The notes under the pieces: generated by a model
Databases searched by the model: none
The model's input: the letters and a program-made list of their open reading frames with translations, nothing else
What the model was told of the DNA's origin: nothing
Program-made: the position numbers and the translations under genes
In this document: one piece after another, positions 33,695-42,033 of the stretch
Layout of the letters: the number at the start of each line of letters is the position of its first letter
Position numbering within the stretch: position 1 is the stretch's first letter
Assembly (NCBI GenBank): GCA_001587715.1
Contig: LNGC01000001.1
Location: 1-54,809 of the forward strand
Direction: 5' to 3'
Source: Candidatus Methanofastidiosum methylothiophilum
GTDB taxonomy: Archaea; Methanobacteriota_B; Thermococci; Methanofastidiosales; Methanofastidiosaceae
Length of the DNA: 54,809 bases

Positions 33695-34051
33695 ATGGTA
33701 AAAATAACAGAATTAATAAGTATTAAAGGACTGATAATAGCAATACCCTTAGCTTTTATAGGCACTATATTAGCCAGTACCTTCTTTCCTAACTTCTATA
33801 TAGAATTTCTATTAGGACTAGGATTTGGAGCATTCTTTATAGGATTAATTAACTATACAGATACTCCAAAAACCCTAAGAACAGGAGTTTTATTAGGCTT
33901 CCTATATAGCCTCCTCTCCATAGGAAACTTAGTAGATTTTATAATTTTCCTAGTAGGATTTATCCTCATGGGAATAATAGGAGGTTATATAGGAGTATGG
34001 GTAAGGAGAACTTACATCAGCATCTGGAGAACAGATAAAACTAAAGTTTAA
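33695..34051 (+). CDS. polytopic membrane protein (118 aa, 3-4 TM) on the opposite strand: moron
   Basis: ORF track. GGGAGGT lies 9 nt before the ATG. A TTTAAATA box sits at 33625-33632 and a T6 run follows the stop. Confidence 0.65.
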   Translation: MVKITELISIKGLIIAIPLAFIGTILASTFFPNFYIEFLLGLGFGAFFIGLINYTDTPKTLRTGVLLGFLYSLLSIGNLVDFIIFLVGFILMGIIGGYIGVWVRRTYISIWRTDKTKV

Positions 34052-34188
34052 TCTTTTTTCTCTGCTTGGATCGCTCTCATTAAGAAATCATTATTTTTCT
34101 TACTCATATCCCTCAATTTTTTCTTAGCATCCTCTCTACTTAATTTCTCTTTAAAGAAATCAGCAGGATCAGTATAAAACTCCACCAT
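34048..34188 (-). CDS. small ORF (46 aa) in the -1 frame downstream of the tail chaperone
   Basis: Hand translation MVEFYTDPADFFKEKLSREDAKKKLRDMSKKNNDFLMRAIQAEKKD*. The same frame stays open upstream across the chaperone stop. Confidence 0.3.
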   Translation of the reverse strand: MVEFYTDPADFFKEKLSREDAKKKLRDMSKKNNDFLMRAIQAEKKD

Positions 34189-34217
34189 CTTAATTATTTC
34201 AGGAAAAAACTCTAAAT

Positions 34218-34745
34218 CTATTTCTCTTCTACTTTCTCCTGTTTGTTGTCTGATATATTGCCCTGCTGCCCAGTGTCTTCTTTCTGTTCGTTCTCTGTTC
34301 CATTCATAATCATGCTCATGTTTAGATTCTGCATGTTCCGAAAATCTCCACTGGTTATATTTGCAGTTTTAACAGCTATTTCCATAGCTAAATCTATAGG
34401 GCATGGGATATGAGGCACCTTCTCTTTTAGCTCCTCCCTAGTCATCTTAGCATATTCAGGTTTTTCTTTCCTTTTCAGCACTATTTGAGCTATCTCCTCA
34501 ATAATAGGACCAAATCTATTAACATTAAAATTGAATAACTGTTTATCCATCTCCTCCTTAGTTATTCTACCCCTACCTTTACCATTCACCCTTTTAGTTA
34601 GTTTAGCTCTGAGTTTCCTCTCCTCCATCTGTAGATCAAAATAGTCATATATTGCATCCATATCCCCAAATCTTAAAGGTTCTAGGATTAACTTCTCTCC
34701 ATCTGGTAAACTTACTGACTCCTCTTTATATAACTTTACTGACAA
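34218..34745 (-). CDS. tail assembly chaperone candidate
   Basis: ORF track. It lies between the major tail and tape measure genes and has an acidic C-terminus. I placed the start at TTG 34745 after GAGGTGGCTATA. Confidence 0.5.
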   Translation of the reverse strand: MSVKLYKEESVSLPDGEKLILEPLRFGDMDAIYDYFDLQMEERKLRAKLTKRVNGKGRGRITKEEMDKQLFNFNVNRFGPIIEEIAQIVLKRKEKPEYAKMTREELKEKVPHIPCPIDLAMEIAVKTANITSGDFRNMQNLNMSMIMNGTENEQKEDTGQQGNISDNKQEKVEEK

Positions 34746-34801
34746 TATAGCCACCTCATTAATACTTTAAATTAAATAAAAAAAAATAGAAAAAAAGGGT
34801 T

Positions 34802-35581
34802 TTATGTTGCTGTTGGAGTTAATAGTATAGGTGATTCAGCTACTGAAATCTGTAAGTTAAAGCTGATATTATCTCCCTCTTTAACCCCTGGCAGATCCTT
34901 AGGTACTGCCTGGCAGGATTTAAAGTAAAACCTACCTACTACTGTATCTCCATTTTCAATAGGAATATACCCATACAGATCTTTAGGGGTATTAGGGAAC
35001 TCATGAGCCTGATAACCAGTTTCAACAGTTCCAGATCCACTATATGGCTGCATCAATATCTGTTTAATAGGCTCCAAATCTCCCAGTAGGTTCTCCTGTT
35101 CTACTGTTACCTCCATAGCCCCCCATACAGTATTTTTCATTTTAGATCTAATCCTACCAGTAGTATTAGAATCCATTTTTATACCGGTTTTAATATCCTG
35201 AGCTATGTAAGGCTCTAATTCTGTTACACACTTACCATAAACTCCATCAGCACCCTCACTAGTAGGAGGGGTAGTTAGTTTTACAGCTCCGAATACCTGG
35301 AAACCTGTAGCTGGATCAGTTACTAATTCTATACTGGTTACATTTACCACAGTATAAGTAGTACCTTTTTTAGTCCTTATTGTTACATCTCCAGGCTGAG
35401 GGGTTATACTCAGGCTGTTTTTAGGATATATGGGGTAGTTTGCAGCAGGGAAAGTAAAGGTATCATTAGTACCATCTATAGTACCAGTAAGTTGTACCTC
35501 CTCTAACATAGGTATTCCACATACAAAACCCATATCTACACTATTCATAGGCTTAATAGCATCTATATTTTTAACAGGCAT
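34802..35581 (-). CDS. major tail protein candidate
   Basis: ORF track, 259 aa. GAGGAGGA SD. The call rests on its position immediately upstream of the chaperone and tape measure. Confidence 0.55.
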   Translation of the reverse strand: MPVKNIDAIKPMNSVDMGFVCGIPMLEEVQLTGTIDGTNDTFTFPAANYPIYPKNSLSITPQPGDVTIRTKKGTTYTVVNVTSIELVTDPATGFQVFGAVKLTTPPTSEGADGVYGKCVTELEPYIAQDIKTGIKMDSNTTGRIRSKMKNTVWGAMEVTVEQENLLGDLEPIKQILMQPYSGSGTVETGYQAHEFPNTPKDLYGYIPIENGDTVVGRFYFKSCQAVPKDLPGVKEGDNISFNLQISVAESPILLTPTAT

Positions 35582-35599
35582 TTTATCTAATCCTCCTCT

Positions 35600-35803
35600 T
35601 TAGGCTGGTTTAGCCTTTTTATTCTCCTCATTTTCTAACTCATTAATCTTGTTTATCGCTGCCTCTACATCGTATCCTTTTATTTTACTACCATGATTGA
35701 TAGCAATTCTTTTAGCTGTTTCAAAGTCTTTAAATTTACAGTAATGAGCTATATCCTTATCTAACTCTTTCTTATTCATTTCTGACAGTATAGCCACCTC
35801 CAA
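35600..35803 (-). CDS. hypothetical protein (about 60 aa; start uncertain)
   Basis: ORF track. The canonical motif is followed by an in-frame ATA-CTG (GGAGGTGGCTATACTG). The first ATG is 24 nt further in. Confidence 0.45.
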   Translation of the reverse strand: MEVAILSEMNKKELDKDIAHYCKFKDFETAKRIAINHGSKIKGYDVEAAINKINELENEENKKAKPA

Positions 35804-35849
35804 AAAAAAATTTAATATAATTTTTTAATGAAAATCAAGAAAAAAACAA

Positions 35850-36236
35850 TTAAATACAAAGTAACCCTAAAATAGTTTCCATTTTATTAATATCATAATC
35901 ACATTCTAACAGATCCTTCTGGAGAAATACCATGTCATCAGGATGTCCTACACATAAAAAAGTATTCTCCTCAATATTCCCTTTAATACTGTTAATCTCC
36001 CCATTATCTGGATTAAAACTCATAGGTCTAGAACAATCAATAGGTCTTATCCCCCTAGGAATATCCTCAGCAAAATCTAGATCTGCTAATTTTATTTTCT
36101 GAATCAAAGGGCTTAATTCTCTAGAAATGAATATATAACTATTAAAATCAAATCCTTTAAATTCCATTTTGGCAGGATTAATTTTATATAACTCAGCTAA
36201 CCTATCCCTCAAACATTCTATCATTTTAACAAACAT
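35850..36236 (-). CDS. structural-module protein (128 aa)
   Basis: Track ORF 35850-36317, trimmed to ATG 36236 after AGAGGTGGCTATGGA. The 27-codon extension in the track runs into the tRNA gene. Confidence 0.5.
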   Translation of the reverse strand: MFVKMIECLRDRLAELYKINPAKMEFKGFDFNSYIFISRELSPLIQKIKLADLDFAEDIPRGIRPIDCSRPMSFNPDNGEINSIKGNIEENTFLCVGHPDDMVFLQKDLLECDYDINKMETILGLLCI

Positions 36237-36270
36237 TCCATAGCCACCTCTTATTTTATAAAAAAAATTA

Positions 36271-36344
36271 AGCCTATGACCGGATTTGAACCGGCATTTA
36301 GTGAGTCTGCAACCCACCGCCTAACCAGGCTAAGCTACATAGGC
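36271..36344 (-). tRNA. tRNA-Cys: tRNA-Cys (anticodon GCA)
   Basis: Hand-folded cloverleaf of the minus-strand sequence GCCTATG-TA-GCTT-AGCCTGGTT-AGGC-G-GTGGG-TTGCAGA-CTCAC-TAAAT-GCCGG-TTCAAAT-CCGGT-CATAGGC-T. The 7-bp acceptor stem is perfect. The discriminator is U73, the CysRS identity element. No CCA is encoded and a T-run follows. Confidence 0.85.
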
Positions 36345-36351
36345 AATTATT

Positions 36352-36849
36352 CTATGATTCAATTACAGTACTAGCCACCTTAGAAAGATCAAATAAGGTA
36401 CCACATCCAGTACTAAGATTAGGTTTCTTAACATCTCCCCATGGAATAGTTCTGAAACTCTGAGGATTCTTAACCTTAGCCAGGGTTACATCAGTTCCAG
36501 GAACATCCTTAAATGGATTACTTCTCAGATATGCCTGGATAATATCAGCATCTTTAGTACATTTTTTAGCTGCCTTATCATCTAAACCAGGAATAACATG
36601 AATAATAGCACCCTGAATATTAATCATATTCCCTCTACCTCTAAGATAGGTGGTAAAACTGTTATCATAAAATTTAAGGTAAGCTAACTCCCCTGCAAAC
36701 AAACTATTAGTTTTAGGTTTCCCTAGTACTACATTTCTAAATAATTTCTCAGGATCCTCACTTTCATCCCTAGGATCTGTTAGCTCTGCTAACATTCCCC
36801 TAAAAGTTTCCAGAGTATCCTCTAAATCAAACAGATACATCTTACCCAT
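36352..36849 (-). CDS. head-tail joining / tail terminator module protein (165 aa)
   Basis: ORF track. Canonical start motif. Call by position. Confidence 0.5.
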   Translation of the reverse strand: MGKMYLFDLEDTLETFRGMLAELTDPRDESEDPEKLFRNVVLGKPKTNSLFAGELAYLKFYDNSFTTYLRGRGNMINIQGAIIHVIPGLDDKAAKKCTKDADIIQAYLRSNPFKDVPGTDVTLAKVKNPQSFRTIPWGDVKKPNLSTGCGTLFDLSKVASTVIES

Positions 36850-36872
36850 ACTATAGCCACCTCTAATTTTTT

Positions 36873-37322
36873 TTAGCTTACTAATAGATCTCCAAACTCT
36901 GAGATCCTACTTTCCACATCAGCCTCAGCATTATAGAAAGCCTCCAGGGGAAAGTCATCCCCTCCCTTATAGCCCTCTGTTTTATTAACATAAACTCCCC
37001 CTAGTACAGTATTCAAATACCAAAACCACCATCTTCTCTGCCTTTCAGAGAATATAGGACCATATACAGCATGACCCCCTACTAGAGGATCCCACCAATC
37101 CACCTCACTATAAACAAATCCTAGGGAATCTGATAATCTCTCTACTGTTATATTCCGTTTAGTATTGCCCTGCCTTTCTGGTGCTATATCCTGCATACTG
37201 AATTTATATATATCCAGTACATCCCCTACAAACTCCCTCCAATAAATAGGAAAGTTAGCTTTAAGCTCTCTGATCCCAGTTTCATCTTTATAAGAGAACT
37301 TAACATATCCCATTCTACTCAT
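36873..37322 (-). CDS. head-tail joining module protein (149 aa)
   Basis: ORF track. 8-nt overlap with the upstream gene. Confidence 0.5.
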   Translation of the reverse strand: MSRMGYVKFSYKDETGIRELKANFPIYWREFVGDVLDIYKFSMQDIAPERQGNTKRNITVERLSDSLGFVYSEVDWWDPLVGGHAVYGPIFSERQRRWWFWYLNTVLGGVYVNKTEGYKGGDDFPLEAFYNAEADVESRISEFGDLLVS

Positions 37323-37695
37323 CCTCTAAATCAGGTCCTGAAACTGTAAAAATATTAATCTTAGTACTACTCTTTTTATCCTCAGGGGTAGAGGCTAGAA
37401 AATCCTTTAAATACTCTTTAGCTTCTTTCTCCCAGGTTATAGCTGATGCTTTCCTGTTATCTTCATCACTATAATAATCATCTAATATATGTTTAGCTGC
37501 ATAGAAAGTAGCAGCTCTTACTAAATTTTTAGGGATCTCATCAGGAATCTTACTCTCATCTACTTTGCTGTTTATCCAATCATCAGCAGCATTTAAACCC
37601 TCTTGCAGGATCCCCTCATATCTCTCATCCCCCCCTAAACCCTCTGAGATTGATCTGGTTTTAAATCGTACTGTATCCTCATCAGCATAAGCCAC
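37315..37695 (-). CDS. head-tail connector-like protein (126 aa), GTG start
   Basis: ORF track. AGGAGGT lies 7 nt before the GTG. Size and position fit gp6-like adaptors (weak). Confidence 0.45.
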   Translation of the reverse strand: MAYADEDTVRFKTRSISEGLGGDERYEGILQEGLNAADDWINSKVDESKIPDEIPKNLVRAATFYAAKHILDDYYSDEDNRKASAITWEKEAKEYLKDFLASTPEDKKSSTKINIFTVSGPDLEDE

Positions 37696-37707
37696 CTCTA
37701 AAACCTC

Positions 37708-38037
37708 CTATTCTATTGGTTTTATTCCTTTCAAATTCTTAACCAGGTAAACTATCTCCTCAGCTCCCTCTCCATTACCACTAGCATAACTCCAGGTTAT
37801 AGTTAATCTCCTTTTCTCTGTCCTGCTCTTATCATTAAGGATTTGGTTATGTTCTGAGGGTATTACTAGAACATACTGAGGGCTGGAGGGTATAAACCTC
37901 TGAGTATCCACTATAAAAGTATCTGAGTTATCATCTAAGATACTGTAATGAGCTTCATCAGGAGTAGTAGCTAAACCATCCTCATCAAAAAAATCCAGTA
38001 CTATTCTAAAGGATTTATTCTCATTAATCTCTTCCAT
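37708..38037 (-). CDS. structural-module protein (109 aa)
   Basis: ORF track. GGAGGGGAGAGT-ATG start. Confidence 0.5.
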   Translation of the reverse strand: MEEINENKSFRIVLDFFDEDGLATTPDEAHYSILDDNSDTFIVDTQRFIPSSPQYVLVIPSEHNQILNDKSRTEKRRLTITWSYASGNGEGAEEIVYLVKNLKGIKPIE

Positions 38038-38060
38038 ACTCTCCCCTCCACTTATTATTT

Positions 38061-38468
38061 TTAATCTAAGTTTATTACTAAATCCCCTGGAGTACCCCCT
38101 GCATATTTACAGGTATCCCCCTGACTTACAGCTTTAGCTACTCCTAAGCTTCCATGAGCTAACATATTACCTCCCTCAGCAGCATCCATAATAGCGAAAT
38201 AGGCAATAGTACCCCATGATCCTGATGCCTGAGGGAAAGTTATATCCTGAGCATTGCTTATACTGCCTGAGGCTGCATTATTCCAATCAGCAGCAGCAGT
38301 AGCTACTCTGGCATATCCATTACCACTAGGCTCAGCTAAACCAGCATTATCCTCCCCAGGATCAGCAGTGCTTAAAGCTATATAAGCTGTAGGTTTAGTA
38401 AAAGCTGTTTTCCCTACTATATGCTCTAAAATCTTATTCTCTGCATAATTACCAAAACTCCCACTCAT
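38061..38468 (-). CDS. conserved phage structural protein (135 aa)
   Basis: The ILEHIVGKTAF.KPTAYIALSTADPGEDNAGLAEPSGNGYARV...WG.IAYFAIMDA..GGN pattern recalls a family of small phage fibre or minor-tail proteins. This is from memory, not a search. Confidence 0.5.
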   Translation of the reverse strand: MSGSFGNYAENKILEHIVGKTAFTKPTAYIALSTADPGEDNAGLAEPSGNGYARVATAAADWNNAASGSISNAQDITFPQASGSWGTIAYFAIMDAAEGGNMLAHGSLGVAKAVSQGDTCKYAGGTPGDLVINLD

Positions 38469-38493
38469 AAATAAAAACCTCCCATTAAAAATT

Positions 38494-41352
38494 TTAATCT
38501 ATTATCCTAAAAATAATCTTAGATTGTTTTATTTTAGATTTAACAGTATTATAGAATATTTTATATTTTATTGATGATTGTTTGAAAGTTATATTACATA
38601 ATATCTCCTTAAAATTAATGATATAAGTTAAAATAACTGATGTATAACTAGTACCTGTAATAGTAGCAGCTAATAACATAATCCTAGATAATCTGCCAGT
38701 AACATTAACTACTCCAGTAATTACTCCTTTTAATAAGGTGATGTATATCATATTTGCAGTTAAACTAGAATCAGCCTCTACTCTCCCCTGGAGTCCTCTT
38801 ATACCCTGTAACATCCCCATAATTGAGCTGATACCTGAAACTTCTGAAAGGAATAACATCCATTTACTCAATTCTCCAGTAACTGTACTTTCTCCTGTAG
38901 TTTCAGAATCTAAATTAACATTCCTACTTATTTCTCCAGTACTATTAGCTGCTGTTACTATATTAGAATTTAATTTAAGACCTCTACTTAAATCTCCTGT
39001 ACTATTACCTACTACTTGAATATTAGAATTTAATTTAGTCAATCTTTCCAGGATCCCAGAGCTAAAACTACCTCCTGTACTCTCTGAGAGGATCCTGATT
39101 ACCCTGGATAAACTAGCAGAATTAGATCCTACTCCTCCCATGGAAGACTCCATTTCTAGGATTCTACTAATAGATCCTACTATACTACTTGAACAGGTAA
39201 CAGCAGCAGCTATAGATCTAACTCTTTTTAGATCTCCAGAGATTGTACTCTGAGCAGATATAACTCCTACTATTCCCTGAGTAACTGCTGATGGTGTTAC
39301 AGTTAATGAGGTTGATAAGGAGGCTGCTGCGGCTATGCTACCATCTAAATATTTTAAAAAGAATAAATAAGGATAACCCTTATTATGATTGTTATTTTCA
39401 ATAACCCATATAGGGGTATTAAAATCCCAGTTAGTATAGGTATTTTGATCTTTCATTTGAGCAGTAGTTTTACCAGTACCTAAAGCACTATTAGCCTGGT
39501 TACTAGTTTGAGTATCCCAGAAACAATCAGTAGCAGTACCTGTATTTATACTCCCTACTAATCCCCCTACATTATTATTACCAGCTACAGCCCCCATACT
39601 ATAAGAGTTAGTTATGGTTTTAGAGTCTTGCCTTCCTACTAATCCCCCTGTATGACCATAACCATTAACATCCATTCTACTATAACAATTAGTTATTTTA
39701 GCCATACAGATACCAGCTATCCCTCCTGCATAGTTAGGAGTACCTGATACTGTTAAAGTTCCTATTGATAAACTGTTTTTTATCTCAGAGCTAGTATTAC
39801 TCCAAGTAGCAGATCCAGCTATCCCTCCAACATAATTAACTCCAGAGATAGCTCCATGGTAAAGGCACTGATCAATAGTTAAAAGTAAATTATAATCATA
39901 AGTACCCCCTAACATACCTCCTACTCTATCTCCAGTACCTGATATATCACCTAATACTAAACATCTGTTTATACTAGAAGTACTATTCCTAAGGTATCCT
40001 ATCATGCCTCCTATGCTCCCTCTGCCTGATACATTACCTCTCTGCATACAATCAGATATAGCAGCATTATAAGCATATCCTATAATCCCCCCTAAATTAT
40101 CTCTCCCTGATATTGATTTGGTACTTATACATTTAGAAATAGTTAAAGCATAAGCTGAGGCTACAGGCTGCCCTCCTATTATCCCCCCTACACTATCTGA
40201 GGTACTGGAGGCTGTTATACTTATATTTTTATTATTTAATCCTGCTACTGTACCCCCATTAAGCACTCCTCCTATGAATCCTCCTATATTATTACCTGTA
40301 CCTACTACAGATCCTGAGACTGTAGCTGTTCCAAAAGTTACACCTGATCCATAACCCCAAACTCCAGCTATACCCCCTATATTAGTTCTCCCTGTAACAG
40401 TTCCAGTATAACTAACAGAGCTAAAAGTAGTTATTCCAGTATAACCTATAATCCCCCCTACCCCATCTCTGCCTGTTATATTAATCGCTACAGATCCATT
40501 ATTTATAGCTGAGGTATAGGCTGTACTTTCATTTTTACCTACTACCCCTCCTATATTATCCGAGGTACTAGATACACTGATAGATAAAGTATTAGATATG
40601 TCAAAACCAGTTATAGTAACTCCATAAGTTATAATACCTACAGCTCCTCCTATTTGGCTTCCTGTGGCTGATATAGTACCTTCAATTGTGAAAGATTGTA
40701 GAGTTACCTGAGGATACCCATATCTACCAAATATCCCCCCTATATAATTAGCTCCTGTTATATCTGCATTTACTGAACATCCTAAGCTATTCACTTTCTG
40801 GCAGTATCCAGCTATCCCTCCAATATAATCAGTACCAGATAAATCTGCTGTATTGGTACAATTGTTTATAGCTCCAGATCCTCCTGTAGCTTCATAAGCA
40901 CCTATTACTCCTCCAAGATAAGATGAGTTAGCTTTTATACTACCTGTAACTAAGAGGCTTGAGAATACTACCCCTCCTGTTGAACATCTCCCCACTACCC
41001 CCCCCACATAACTTTTACCGGTTATGTTTACATCTGTTAAATTTAAATTAGTTATACCTACAGTAACATATCCAAACAATCCCACATTATCAGTAGTAGG
41101 TCTGTTTATATACAATCCAGAGATTTCATATCCATCTCCATTAAATCCTCCAGTAAATTTAGTAGTAGCCTCCCCTCTAGGCAGCCATCCAGCACCCCCA
41201 TTATAATTAGCATCCTGAGTAGGAGAGGCATCAATATCAGCACCTAATTTATAATACTTATCTAAAGTATAGGGTGCTGATCCTAATAATTCTAGATCAC
41301 TAAATGAACTAAGAACATATGGATCAGCCTGAGTACCACTACCACTAACCAA
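38494..41352 (-). CDS. adhesin-like protein with about 18 GLUG-type repeats and a C-terminal periodic repeat region
   Basis: 952 aa, TTG start after GAGGTGGCTATAA. The N-terminus GSGTQADPYVLSSFSDLELL is typical of GLUG-domain proteins. The motif [IVL]GG[IVLM][IVA]G recurs about 18 times. The C-terminal ~215 aa form ~20-aa units G-x-[LI]-S-R-x. Confidence 0.8.
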   Translation of the reverse strand: MVSGSGTQADPYVLSSFSDLELLGSAPYTLDKYYKLGADIDASPTQDANYNGGAGWLPRGEATTKFTGGFNGDGYEISGLYINRPTTDNVGLFGYVTVGITNLNLTDVNITGKSYVGGVVGRCSTGGVVFSSLLVTGSIKANSSYLGGVIGAYEATGGSGAINNCTNTADLSGTDYIGGIAGYCQKVNSLGCSVNADITGANYIGGIFGRYGYPQVTLQSFTIEGTISATGSQIGGAVGIITYGVTITGFDISNTLSISVSSTSDNIGGVVGKNESTAYTSAINNGSVAINITGRDGVGGIIGYTGITTFSSVSYTGTVTGRTNIGGIAGVWGYGSGVTFGTATVSGSVVGTGNNIGGFIGGVLNGGTVAGLNNKNISITASSTSDSVGGIIGGQPVASAYALTISKCISTKSISGRDNLGGIIGYAYNAAISDCMQRGNVSGRGSIGGMIGYLRNSTSSINRCLVLGDISGTGDRVGGMLGGTYDYNLLLTIDQCLYHGAISGVNYVGGIAGSATWSNTSSEIKNSLSIGTLTVSGTPNYAGGIAGICMAKITNCYSRMDVNGYGHTGGLVGRQDSKTITNSYSMGAVAGNNNVGGLVGSINTGTATDCFWDTQTSNQANSALGTGKTTAQMKDQNTYTNWDFNTPIWVIENNNHNKGYPYLFFLKYLDGSIAAAASLSTSLTVTPSAVTQGIVGVISAQSTISGDLKRVRSIAAAVTCSSSIVGSISRILEMESSMGGVGSNSASLSRVIRILSESTGGSFSSGILERLTKLNSNIQVVGNSTGDLSRGLKLNSNIVTAANSTGEISRNVNLDSETTGESTVTGELSKWMLFLSEVSGISSIMGMLQGIRGLQGRVEADSSLTANMIYITLLKGVITGVVNVTGRLSRIMLLAATITGTSYTSVILTYIINFKEILCNITFKQSSIKYKIFYNTVKSKIKQSKIIFRIID

Positions 41353-41397
41353 TTATAGCCACCTCTTATTTTATATTAAATAAAATTTAGCAGCCCA

Positions 41398-41982
41398 TTA
41401 GGCTGCTCTCTCAAGTATTAGTTCTATTGCTGCTGCTGGTACTATTTGACCATCACCTGTTTTTGCTTTAGCCAGGCTGAGTACTGATCCTGCTGCTATA
41501 TCTGCATTGCTAACAGTACCTAAGCTAGTATATTTGTAAGCATCAGCTACATTAGTACTATTAAATGTTTTAGATGCTATTACAGTAGTACCTGCTCCAT
41601 CATTTCCTTTATTTATTAGGCTTAAAGCTGCATAGTCTGTAGCTTGTCCAAATTGTGTATCAGGGATTATCCCTACATCTATTACTTTAACAGCTTTATC
41701 TATATAGATTAAAGATTTATCCCAGGTATCTCCTGCTGCTCCATCAGCAGGGATCCTTATTACTTCTTTAAACTGTTTAGTATTAGTATCTAGTTTATCA
41801 TAGCTTATAGCAGCACTATGAACTTTATCAGTAGTTACAGCTCCATCCTCTATTTCGCTAGTTCCTACTGTACCTCCTACTCCTGTATGTTCATAGATAT
41901 ACTTAATTAAATTGTATAGGGCTTTGTTCTGGGGTATTTTTCCATATACTATACTTTTCCAACTGGGAAAACTCCAAGCCAT
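41398..41982 (-). CDS. capsid-associated structural protein (decoration or head-fibre candidate)
   Basis: ORF track, 194 aa. Canonical start. Lies immediately downstream of the major capsid gene. Confidence 0.45.
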   Translation of the reverse strand: MAWSFPSWKSIVYGKIPQNKALYNLIKYIYEHTGVGGTVGTSEIEDGAVTTDKVHSAAISYDKLDTNTKQFKEVIRIPADGAAGDTWDKSLIYIDKAVKVIDVGIIPDTQFGQATDYAALSLINKGNDGAGTTVIASKTFNSTNVADAYKYTSLGTVSNADIAAGSVLSLAKAKTGDGQIVPAAAIELILERAA

Positions 41983-42033
41983 TTATAGCCACCTCCATAT
42001 TATTTAAAAAAAATATTATATAAAACTAAACCT

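Noticed and set aside
35850-36317. Track version of this ORF with a 27-codon N-terminal extension (MGCRLTKCRFKSGHRLNFFYKIRGGYG...).
   Set aside because: The extension is the reverse reading of the tRNA-Cys gene (36271-36344). The real start is ATG 36236, directly after the canonical start motif.
36271-36344. tRNA-Cys as the integration site (att) of the element.
   Set aside because: The tRNA is complete, sits in the middle of the structural operon on the coding strand, and I found no partial duplicate of its 3' half elsewhere in the window.
38494-41352. Looked for a diversity-generating retroelement or invertible shufflon acting on the adhesin-like gene. Specifically, I looked for a template repeat, a reverse transcriptase, inverted cassettes, or silent 3' gene copies on the other strand.
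   Set aside because: There is no RT-like ORF anywhere. I saw no second copy of the 3' region in either orientation by eye, and no flanking inverted repeats. The only recombinase lies 20 kb away. A computed self-alignment would be needed to exclude short template repeats fully.
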